Both the position numbers and the translations under genes were made by a program. From the human T2T-CHM13v2.0 reference genome, Homo sapiens, in NCBI RefSeq assembly GCF_009914755.1, contig NC_060932.1: a stretch of 64,000 nt of DNA. One strand, 5' to 3'. The notes beneath the pieces are model-generated. The model did not search any database, was not told the origin of the DNA, and worked only from the letters and a program-made list of their open reading frames with translations. Within the stretch, counting starts at the first letter, position 1. The number at the start of each line of letters is the position of its first letter. This document shows, piece by piece, positions 53,101-64,000 of the stretch.

Positions 53101-56100
53101 TCTCTGCCTGACGGGGAGGCGCGAGACCACACAAAGGAGAAGAGAGACCCCACCAGACAGACGCAGCCCCCAGTGCTCCGCCCAAGCCCCCAAGTCAGGT
53201 GTAGGGCCCCAGCTCAGGGCTCCAGCTTTACGGGTGGGGCCAGGGCTGCCTCAGCCTCCAGGGCTCCAGGCTGCTGACATAGGCCTGGCAGGGCCAGGGG
53301 ATGCCCCAGTGCCACCCACCCAAATCTGCCTAGATCTACAGCCTTCAGCAGGCTCTTATCCCAAGCAGGGTTCTGTGGTCCCTGAGGGAAAGGAAGCATC
53401 TAATCCCCCTCTCCCCAGGGTCTGAAGGGCCTTCTTGTGCCGCTGCCCCCAGCAGAGGAGAGAACTGACACTGGAGGGAGAGGGCAGGAGAACATGTGGG
53501 TCTCGCACACTCCCCACTGCCAAATCTGCGCTGGGAGTTCCAGGTCACAACAACAACAATAAGAGTGGGGAGGTGGGTGGACACCAAGGCCAAGCTTTGT
53601 CCAGGGCGTACCACGTCACCAGGCACTGTCCTAAGCACTGAACTCATTCCCACCTCCCAACAACTCCACAGGACAGAAACGGAGACACAGACGAAAGAAC
53701 AAGGAGAGCCTGCAGCACGTCCATGGGGAGGCCGGGCCTTGCCCTCCGCAGATGGATGCAGAGCCCGGGGTCCCACCCATGGCCAACGGCCCGTTCCTCC
53801 TTCCGGGCACCACCGGACACAGCAGCAGCAGGCCACAGAGCAGGGAGGACGCAGCTGGGACACTCACCTGGGGCTCTGTGGGCCCAGGACAGGCTCATGG
53901 CATCGTGGAGCCTCCTGCGGGCTGAACTGCATGGAGGGCAGAGGGGACAGACCCTGAGGCAATGTGCCCCTATCACGCTGCATCCTGACCCCGCCCCCAC
54001 CCCTGCACTCACCTAGCCCAGGCCACCCCACTTCTCACAGCAGCCCCTCCATGGGGCTCCCCAGCCAGACTGTAGGCTCCCTGCAGAGCCCCTCCCTCTG
54101 TCCCCTGCCCAGAGGACAGTCCTGCCTCCCTCACGGGGAAACAGCAAGTGTGGAAACAAGCTGTGTGGTGAGGCTGAAAGTTGGTAAAATACCCGTAACG
54201 GAAAAAAGACTGCAAGGAGAAAACGCTCCAGGAAAGTCTGAGTGGCCACCAGGGACGGCCCACGGCGGATGCCACCGACACCACCTGCTGACAGGCGTGG
54301 TCTGAGTTTTCTACAAGGAACGAGTACTATCTTAGGAAAGTGAGATAAAGTCCTTTTAAGAAATAATAAAGGGGGGGGAATGCTGCAAAATCTTCCATTG
54401 CCCTTCTCTCCTCGCCCTCACCCCCCACACACACATGCACCTGCACACACACCTGCACAGCTGGCCTCCCAGCATCACCCACAGCAAGTCCCTGGCTCCA
54501 GCCTCAGTCCCAGCACTGCAGACTCAAAGCAGGCACACAGCTTCCCAGGCCTCAGCAGCCAATCAGGGCCGTCAGGGCCTTGCCCTGGCCCAACTGCTGG
54601 GCTCCAAATCATCTTCAGAATCAGTGCCAGAAGCTGCTCCCCTGGGAATCCTGCCCACCCTTGTCCCTTGACCTTGGAGCACCAGGGAAACTCCTGTCTC
54701 CACAGCATCCACCCAGCCCAGGTCCCTGTCGGGCCATGGGCAGCCCAAGGCCATGTCTCAGCCACCTCCATATGGCCAGCACCTGCCCACTCTGTGATGG
54801 TCCCAGGATGAATGGCTAAACCCCACAGCCGGGCAGCAGGTGTCCAGGGAAGTGAGCTGCCCAACGCACTCCTGTCAGTGCTGGGGGAGCCTCCGGCCTC
54901 CCCCTTCCAGCACCCAATGGGCTCTCCCCTTGCTAAAACCTATCAGCGCCCCCCCCCACCCCACCAAGCACAAGGGTGGAGGTCAGGGTGGGCTCAGGGA
55001 CGGTGGCACAGGCAGGAGTGTGTCTTGGAGCTCAGCGCCCTTTCTGGGAGACCCCAGAAGCAGAGGCAGGCGCCCAGCAGTGCTGAGGGGTCTGGAGTGA
55101 GGCAGGAGAAGGGCAGCACCCAGGGGAGCCACACACCTAAACGAGGAGGAGCCACGCGGGGCAAACCACAGAGTCTTCCAGTTTCCTTCAGTGGGAGTGT
55201 CAGCCCCAGGCTGTAAGCAAGTCCCCAACCCCAGATGACCTGGGCAAGCATCGTCACCTCCCCGCAGCTCGGCGTCCTGGGCCAGCCCCTAATGGAGCAG
55301 AAGACAAGCCCTGCCTGCCTTGGCATTGGGAACAGGCAGCGCCCGCGGGTGCCGCAGCTCATCCTGCGTGTGGGAGACACTGAGTCACAGCCACGGCTCA
55401 TGCCCGCACCCACTCTCAGACGCTGCCCAGTCCTCCCCTCGGTGAGCAGGCCGCCACCTCCTCCTCTGACGGGTACCTGACACCCCCCCTACACACAGGC
55501 CAGATGCTCGGTGGAGGAGGCCTGGCCGTTCCCAGGCCCACGCGCCCCTGCCAGCATCAGCCCTGTGCAGCCTCCGTGTGGAATGGGGCCCCTGCGCATG
55601 GGCATCCGAGTGGCATGTGTGAGCGTGTGTGCTCATGTGTGCGACAGAGAGCCAGAGGAGGAGGAGGGCCCAGCTGGGGAGCTGCAGTTACATGAATCAG
55701 TGTTGTTATAGCAACTTCAACTCCACGTCAAGCAGAATGCCAGCCGGGCACCCCCAGGCACCTCGTAGACCACGCCCAGAATCAGCGGTGGAGAAGCACC
55801 GATCGCTAACGGCACAAATGGGCGGTCAGAACACCAGCAACACACATCCTCTTTCTCCCTCCCAACCTCCATCATTCCCCGGGAGGCCGGCCTCTGCCCA
55901 CTGACCAGCTGCCGGCACTGCCCGCCAGTCCCTTCTGCTCGGGATGGCAGCAACAAACAGCAAGATGCCAGCGCCTGAGTCATGCGGGCAGGGGGCAGGG
56001 AGCACCCCTGCACGCAGCTGCACACAGCCCAAGAGTCATGCTGTGCCCTCAGGCAGGGACCTCCTGGCAGAGAGAAGGTCTGGCCATGGGGTGGCCAGGA

Positions 56101-56841
56101 GAAGCAGAGCCACCCACTGTCACCTTCAGGCCATAAGGAGGAGGGGACCCATGGGCCCCATCCACTCAGGCACATTTCACTCCAGAGGAAAGCTGTTCAC
56201 TTCACCAGAGGCCAGCTTTCCAGGAGAGAAGGGGCCCGGTAGGCCCTGCCTAGGGCCAGTGGCCGTCACTTCAGTGAGCTCCCAGGTCTGTGCGGAAGGC
56301 ACTTTTCTGTCCTTCCACAGATCACAGAGTTGGAGATCAACCACGGAGTGGGCCCGGCCCTCGTCCAGGGTGGAGGCAGCAGGCAGCAGGCGGTGAGGGC
56401 CCGAAGTGCAGGCTCTTCACCACTGTGCTGGAAGCACAGCCCCAGCCGAGCAGGGTCTGGGGGGAAAGGAGGGCAGGGGGGCAGGAAAGGGGCCTCAAGA
56501 GAAGGTGGGGACCCTCTCTGGAGAAGGGCACAGGGACCCACAACAGGACAGGGAAAGGCTGGCCCTAGCCCTGCCTGGGACCAAGAAGAGCCCCGTCATG
56601 CAGGTGGTTTTCCTACAGGCAGCCTCAGAAACAGGGGTGGAGTCATAGGCCACAGGACCTAAGGGAGGGGAGACAGGAGAACCAGGGGTCAGTGTGCGTG
56701 GAGAACAACCCAGGGTCAGGCTGGTCAGCAGCAGCTGAGAGAGAGCTGGAGAAAGACAGGCCAGGGCAGGGCACAGAGGCTGGGTAAGACGTGTGGTCAG
56801 AGAACAGGATGCTGCCACTTCAGGGCCCAGAGACAAGGCAC

Positions 56842-56956
56842 CACCCAGTACAGAGTGCAAATGCCAGACAGCCATCCTCTGTGGGAGGCCCCAAGCACAC
56901 CCAGGACAGAGTGCAAATGCCAGACAGCCATCCTCTGTGGGAGGCCCCAAGCACAG
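56842..56956. repeat. Two-copy 56-bp tandem duplication
   Basis: cacccag(t/g)acagagtgcaaatgccagacagccatcctctgtgggaggccccaagca occurs twice. Confidence 0.92.
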
Positions 56957-57819
56957 CTGGCCAGGCGCTGTCCGTGGTGCTGAGAGCCACAGACGGCAAG
57001 CTGCCCCCACCAGCCTAGTCCACACCCACTAAAGCCTCATGGGGTCTTCCCTCTCCCAGCCTCAAGCTCAGCACCTGCCAGAGCTGGAGGCCCTACTGTC
57101 ACGGCAGGGGGCAGGAGTGTGGACACGTATTTGCTAAGTGCCTACTGTGTGCAGCCACCAAAAGAGGCACTGGAACATTTCCTTTTTCAATGTTCACAAC
57201 CCTAGGAGGTTATCAAGGTGAGGAAACTGACCTCGAGTGTTAAGTATGGCTACGTACATATTTTTCCTATTTCCTTCTAGAACTCACCTTAAAACAACAA
57301 GGAGAATGCCCCCACCACTGCTACCAAATTAACAAAAAGTTTGAAAATCCAAGCTTCACGTTTAGAAAAAACAGGAAATAAATACAATCTATAGGCCCTA
57401 AAGCACAAGTGAGGGCTATGACCAAGAACAGAGAGGGCAGGCAGGGCCCACACAGGAGGGAGTGAAGCAGCACTGGCGGTAGAAGGGGTGCAGTGCAGCA
57501 CCTGCAGAAACATGTTCCCTGAGCATGGCCACTGACCCAGAACTCAAACGCCTTTCTTTGTCACACCACCAGCAACAGAACCGGGTGAGAAGGGCTGGCG
57601 TCAGGAGCCTCCTGAACAGTCGACAGACCCAAGCAGCAGAGTAGGGACCATACACGGAGTCACTAAGAGAGCCACATGTGCAGTCTGCCTCCGTGGCAGG
57701 GCTGCAGGAGAAGGAAAGGGCCTCTGGAAAGCTACTGTATCCCCTACATCCCCATCCCCTGCCTCTCTGAGAAGGAAGCTGCAAGGACTCTTACAAGAAG
57801 CTGGCCCAGAAAAAAACTA

Positions 57820-58490
57820 ACACATTCTAAAATGAAATAAAACCCAATAGCCAAAATAATCTTGAAAAAGAAAAATTTGGAGGCCACATTCTTCCTGATT
57901 TCAAAACACGCTACAAAGCTACAGTAATCAAAACAGTATGGTAGGGCATGAAATCAGATATATAGACCCAAAGAATAGAATAAAGAGCCCAGAAATAAGC
58001 CCTGGTGTATACATGGTGATATGATCATCAACAAGCATGCTAAGACTATTCAGTGAGAAAAGGATCATCTTTTCAACAAATGGTGCTGGAAAGACTGGAT
58101 AGCCCCACGCAAAAGAATGAAGTTGGATCCTCACCTTAAACCACACACAAAAATTATCGTGAAATGTATCAAAAGCCTAAAAGTAAAAGCTAAAATTATT
58201 AAAACTCTTACAAGAAAACATAAAGGAAAACATGCATGATGTTGGATTTGGCAATGATTTCTTAGCTATGACAGACACCAAAAGCACAGACAAGAAAAGA
58301 AAAAAATAGATGGGATTTTATCAAAATTAAAAACTTTTGTACATGAAAGTACACTATCAACAGACTGCAAAGGCCACTCACAACATGGGAGAAAATATGT
58401 GCCAGTCACGTGTCTCTTGAGGGATTAACATCCACAATAAGTAAAGAATTCCTACAACTCAACAACAACAAAAAATCTGATTTTAAAAGT
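57820..58490 (+). mobile_element. L1M(A/B) ORF2 3' fragment
   Basis: cttcctgatttcaaaac..ctacaaagctacagtaatcaaaacagtatggt..tcttttcaacaaatggtgctgg..aaagaatgaagttgga. Confidence 0.85.
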
Positions 58491-59251
58491 ATCACACATG
58501 ATAGAGACAAGAAAAGCGAATTAAATGAGGTGAGAGAAAAGCGAATGAAATGAGGTGAGAGAAAGAGAGAGAGAGAAAGGAAGGAAGAGAGGGAGGGAGG
58601 GAGGAAGGCAGGCAGGCAGGCACTTATAAAGGGAGGAAAAACCAGCCAGGCCACAGATTCCTCTGAAACAACACTCGAGGTCAAAAGACAATACAGTGAC
58701 ACCTCCAAGACCCTGAAAGGATGGCAGCCCAAACCAAGGGCTCCAGCAACATTCAAACCACCCCGCAAGCCAAGAAGCCACAGCTTTGAATATGCAGCAC
58801 TTAGGGACTGTTCCCACCCACCATTCTGAAAAAAACACCTTCAAAACAAACCTCAGCCAATCAAAAGCTGACAGAGGAGATGCCGTCAAAACGACTGTCA
58901 ATGAGCATGAACTATTAATATATTTACCAGTAGATTTAAGACTAAAACAAATGTGAGCTTGGGGTGACAGAACAGAATGCAGATAAGCCCTGACTATGGA
59001 GTAATGACTCAACTGATGACACCTGGGAGGGGAATACGACAAGAGGGAGTGAGGTAGAACAATTAGCTCCTCACCTTATTAGTAAGAACTGGAGTCAAAG
59101 GATATCATTTAAAGCTGACATTTCAGTAACAGAAATACAAGTAGATTTAATAGTATAAAGGCAAACACTGAGAAAGGTACTATTGTCATCAAAAATTGGT
59201 GATGGGAGGAAGAAAACAAAATACATTCATTTTGTAATTACTCATAGAAGG

Positions 59252-59764
59252 TGTACTAGTTTCCAATGACTGCCATATCAAATCACCACAAATGTAGCTG
59301 CTTAAAACAGACAAATTTGCTCTTTCACAGCTTCTGTAGGTCAGAAGTCCAGCTGGGCCATGTTCCTACTTGGAGACTGGGAAAATAACTCGGATTGCAG
59401 GAAGAATCCAGGTCCCTGTGGCTACAGGACTGAGGCCCTGTTTCCTTCCTGGCAGGGGACCACTCTTAGCCCCTAGAGTCCTTGCATCTAGGGGCCAGCA
59501 AATCCTTCTCACTCTTGGGACCTCTCTAACATCCTCCTTCACCACATAGCTCTCATTTCTTGCCAGAGAATGCTCTCTGCTTTTCAGGACTCAGATAATT
59601 CAGCCTTCCCAGGTAATCCAGGATAATCAATCTACTTTGAGATCCATACCCTTTAATCACATCTGCAAAGACCCTTTTGCCATGTAACATGACATGATCA
59701 CAGGTGTTAGGGATTAGAGTGTGGCTATCTGGGGAAATGGGAGAACATTATTCTGGCTATCACA
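59252..59764 (-). mobile_element. MLT1 (ERVL-MaLR) solo LTR
   Basis: TG..CA termini and a 5-bp TSD gaagg (59247-59251 / 59765-59769). ttaatcacatctgcaaagacccttttgccatgtaa motif. Confidence 0.8.
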
Positions 59765-59769
59765 GAAGG

Positions 59770-62700
59770 TACTTAATAAATGGTCCCTCTCAACATGAAG
59801 TATTAGAGGCATTTATGAATTACATAAGATACTATAATATCTCATATAGACAAAAGTATAGACTCTCTTCAATATAAGAACTCTTTAAAATTTTTAAAAA
59901 GGAAAGAAAATGGACCACAGAGTAAAAGACTTAACAATACATGCACACACAAAGCACACCACCACTCAGGTCAAATGTAGGTTACCTATCAATAAATGTA
60001 CATTAGTTTAACTTCACTAGGCAAGAAAAAAAAAAGATTCCCCAATTGAATTACAAGGCAAAATCTAACTTCACATGGTATAAGAGACACATTTAAAATA
60101 ATTCGGTAGAGTTAAAATTTTGTAATGGGCAAAGGTATGCCAAGCAGATACAAACTCAAGAAAGCACTAGTTATGACCTTATAGTCAGACAAGTAGAAAT
60201 GAGACAAAGAAGGGCACTTTGATCCTAATGAATGCACTTGAGAATAAAAATGTAATAGTTATAAATAGCTACGCAACAAATCACATAGCAGCCAACACTC
60301 ACAGGAGCCACAAGGAGAAACAGACAGAAACATATCAATGGTAGACATTAATTCACTCCTCTCAGTCCACAACAGAGCAAGAGACAGAAACTAAGTAAGG
60401 ATTATACATGACCTAAATAACACAACTAAGGCGGTAAAAGTGATTGATATACACATCAAACTTCCGTAACCCAAAACAAAAACTCAATCCTCTTTTCCAG
60501 CCTCAGTGGAACAATGATGAAAACTGACTCCAAATTAGGAACATAAGAAACCTCCCGAAACCCAGAAGTTCAAGAGGGAATAGTCAATATTCTCTCACCA
60601 AAATGCAATTAAAACTGGAATAGTAACAAAATCAGGAAATTAAAAGACTTGTTACTTGGAAATTTTAAAACTTGCTCCTGAAAAACTCTCGAACCAAAAA
60701 GAAAATACAAACCAAAATTGCAGAACTTCTAAACAGCAATGATAAGGAAAATATGTCTCATCAAAACTTAGGCATCAGCCCTCGAATACAAAATAAGTTT
60801 GAAAAGAATAATAAAAAATGAATCAAGCATTCACACCAGACATTTAGAAAAACGATAAGATAAACTGAGGAAAATCAGAAGGGATTATTATTAGCAAAAA
60901 CAAGGGAGTTTAAAAAGCAGAGAAATAAGGCAATTAATTTAATTTAAAAATTCAAAAGCTGAATCTTGGAAGAAAAAATAAAACAATAAAATGGAAACTA
61001 TTCACTAACCTAACCAAGAAAAACAAGAGAAGCAACCGAGACGGAAATAACCGCAGAAACCAAAGATATTAAAAGAGTCACAGAAGATCATTTTACTCAA
61101 GCCTACATGAATAAATTTGACAAACAGGATGAAATTGATAATCATTTGGGAAAATATTTACAAAACTGATCCCAGAAAGTTCAAACAGAGTAATTTCCAT
61201 AGGGAAAATAATAAAGACAAAATCATAAAAGAACTTTCATCCTCAAAACGAAAACAAAACAAAAAAGCACCAGGTCCCAACAATTTCACAAAGGAATCTA
61301 ACCACTCTTTAGAGACCAGGCAATTCAGTGCTATTAAACTATTCCAGAGAATGGCATAAGAAATATAACTTCTATATTATGTTTATGAAGCAACTATAAT
61401 GTTGATATCACAACCAAAAACAGTGTACATACAAAAGAAAACTACAGACCAACCTTAATTATGAAGAGCAATACATAAAAATCAATTAAATATCAGCAAA
61501 AAGTACATTCACCAGCACCTTAAAAGAATTATGTATCAGAGCAAGTGAAGTATAATCAAGGAATTTAAGAATCTTTCATTATTAGCAACTTCGTTTGTAT
61601 AATTCACTATATTAATATGTCTTAAGAAAAAAATCATATGATCACCCCATAGATGATTTTTTAAAAAAGCAACTGACAAAATTCAATAATGATTCTTGAT
61701 TTTTTAAAAAAGAAAACATGAAATAAAATAGAAAGTACAGGTTTTTCATTAACATACCTTTCTCAATCCAAAGCCATACTCTGCTTTATGGAGTTAACAG
61801 CAGAGACATTCCTAATAGGTGTCTACTAAAAACACCATTAGCTACCATCATGCTGAAGGATCTAGTCCACAAAAATAGGTAAGAGAAAGAAACTAGAGTA
61901 TAAAATTGGAAAGGATAAGGTTAACCATCACTATTTGCAGTTCACATGAATGGATACCTTGAAAACCCAAGATAATGAACTAAAAAAAAAAAAAAAAGAA
62001 GAAATCAGTAAGTTAGCAAAAAACAAAATCTTTTTTTTTTTTTTTTTTTTTTTTTTGAGACAGAGTCTCGCTCTGTCACCCAAGCTGGAATGCAGTGGGA
62101 GGATCTCAGCTCACTGCAACCTCCACCTCGCAGGTTCAAATCATTCTCTTGACTCAGCCTCCTGAGTAGCTGGGATTACAGGCACACGCCACCATGCCCA
62201 GCTAGTTTTTGTATTTTTAGTAGAGACGGGGTTTTGCCATGTTGGCCAGGCTGGTCTCAAACTCCTGGTCTCAAACGCCTGACCTCAGCCAGGTGATCTG
62301 TCTGCCCCGGCCTCCCAAAGTGCTGGGATTACAGGCATGAGCCACTGTGCCTGGCCCAAAATTAATATTTAGAATGCAATAGTATTCACACACATATGTG
62401 ATAAATAAAGAAGAAAATATTCCTTGGAACAACAATAAAAGGGATAAAATTTCTGAGGATAAAGAACACCTGACTCAAAACATACCACAAAGCTACAGTA
62501 ATCAAAACAGCATGGTGATGACATAAAAACAGACAAACAGCCTAACGAAACAGGATAGAGAGCCCAGAAATAAATCCACTCATTCATGGTCAAATGATTT
62601 TAGACAATGGTTCCAAGAATTCACAATGAGAAAAGGACAGTCTCTCAATAAATGATGCTGGGAAAACTGCTTCTCTAGATACAGAAGAATAACAGTGGAC

Positions 62701-63300
62701 ACATCTCACACCATATACAAGAATCAACTCAAAATGGATTAAAGACAACCATTTAGTCCTAAAACCATAAAACAACTAGAAGAAAAGGGAGCAAAAGCTC
62801 CACAACGTCAGTCTGGGCAATGATTTTTTTAATATGACCCCAAAAGCAAAGGCAATAAAAGTGGAAATAAATGGGGTTACAGGATAATTTGGCAATGTAC
62901 ATCAAAATTACAAAAGTGTGTACCCTTATTGACCCAGCACTTGTTCTGAACATTTATCCTGCACATATATCACACTTAAACATGTGCAAAGCAGCATATG
63001 AACTAGACCACCCATTTTGTAATAGGAAAAGATCGAAAGTCACCTAAATGTCCAGCCCCAAAGGCCTATGAAATCAGTCTGAGCATATCCACACCATGGA
63101 ATCCTCTGTGACTGTCAGAGACAAGAAAGGAACCCTGGACTGATTCCAAAAGATCTCCACATCACTTACCATATTAACACTTCGTCAAGGGAGGGAGGGA
63201 TCCAAGGTGCAGGAATGTGTCATATCATGACTTGTGAAAGAAAAAGCAAAAAAGAAATGTTTATGTTTGCTTGGAATGTATAATGAAGCTCTGGAAGGAC
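59770..63300 (+). mobile_element. Long degenerate L1 ORF2 (endonuclease to C-terminal region) fragments, with an Alu insertion
   Basis: A-rich plus strand. gcaccaggtcccaacaatttcaca; agaaaactacagacca; caaagctacagtaatcaaaacagcatggt. Confidence 0.75.
62031..62356 (-). mobile_element. AluS with a small internal duplication (tggtctcaaac twice)
   Basis: Poly-T head followed by gagacagagtctcgctctgtcacc...gagccactgtgcctggcc. Confidence 0.93.
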
Positions 63301-63303
63301 AAA

Positions 63304-63740
63304 CAGTCATTCTTTGCTTAACCATAGGGATACAATCTGAGGACTGTATCATTAGATGATTTCCTCACTGTGCAAACATCACAGAGTATATCTTCACACA
63401 CCAAATGCTGGAGCCCAATACACACCCAGGCCATGTGGTAAAATCTATTGCTCCAGGCTATAAACCTGGACAGCAGGCAAATGTACTAAATGCTGTAGGC
63501 AACTGTAACAGAGTGGTAAGAATCTGCATATCTATACATATCTAAACATAGAAAAGGTACGGCAGAAATACAGTTTTAAGGATTTTTTTAAATGATACAA
63601 CTGTATAGGGCACTTACCATGAACGGGGCTTGCAGGACTAGAAGTTGCCTGCGTGCGTCAGGGAGTGAGTGGCAAGTGAATGTGAAGGCCTGGGACATTA
63701 CTGTACACTTTGGGGGACTTTATAACAGACGCTGTACACT
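63304..63740. mobile_element. Tigger3b/Golem (TcMar-Tigger) DNA transposon
   Basis: cagtcat terminus; aaacatagaaaaggtac; tatagggcacttaccatgaa..gcttgcaggact.gaagttgc..gtgaatgtgaaggcct.ggacattactgtacact. Confidence 0.82.
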
Positions 63741-64000
63741 GCTGGGGACTCCGTAACAGACGCTGTACACTGCGGGGGACTCCGTAACAGACGCTGTACA
63801 CTGCGGGGGACTCCGTAACAGACGCTGTACACTGCGGGGGACTCCGTAACAGAAGCTGTACACTGCGGGGGACTCCGTAACAGACGCTGTACACTGCGGG
63901 GGACTCCGTAACAGAAGCTGTACACTGCGGGGGACTCCGTAACAGACGCTGTACACTGCGGGGGACTCCGTAACAGACGCTGTACACTGCTGGGGACTCT
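63701..64000. repeat. VNTR, 31-bp unit, at least 9.5 copies (runs to the window edge)
   Basis: ctgtacactgcgggggactccgtaacagacg repeated. Confidence 0.96.

Noticed and set aside
63701-64000. 31-bp (and 29-bp at 11573) repeats as CRISPR-like arrays
   Set aside because: Units are head-to-tail with no unique spacers, and the context is primate intronic DNA.

Overview
Primate (very probably human, chr8q24.3-type GC-rich subtelomeric) genomic DNA. The whole window lies inside TSNARE1 on the minus strand. Five coding exons can be read with canonical GT-AG boundaries (28110-28197, 18889-19038, 17112-17618, 4852-4929, 3999-4068). They splice into one open frame: [11 protein letters not shown]..., a Harbinger-type Myb/SANT-like domain, then the start of the syntaxin Habc region. 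The non-coding first exon and the 3' exons lie outside the window. The rest is intron, filled with old L1 fragments (essentially all antisense to the gene), Alus, MIRs, MaLR/ERV1 solo LTRs, DNA transposons and many minisatellites. Most ORFs in the supplied track are GC-content or tandem-repeat artefacts. The most striking unexplained structure is a partly inverted duplicate of the exon 2 region at about 36731-37070. It places a ~107-nt antisense copy of the exon-2 splice acceptor, 5'UTR and start codon in the same pre-mRNA, next to a direct copy containing a 57-nt perfectly identical block that overlaps a candidate mini-exon. A solo LTR10 with a perfect p53 consensus element is also present. 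Repeat subfamily names and the reference-protein comparison come from recall and need database confirmation.
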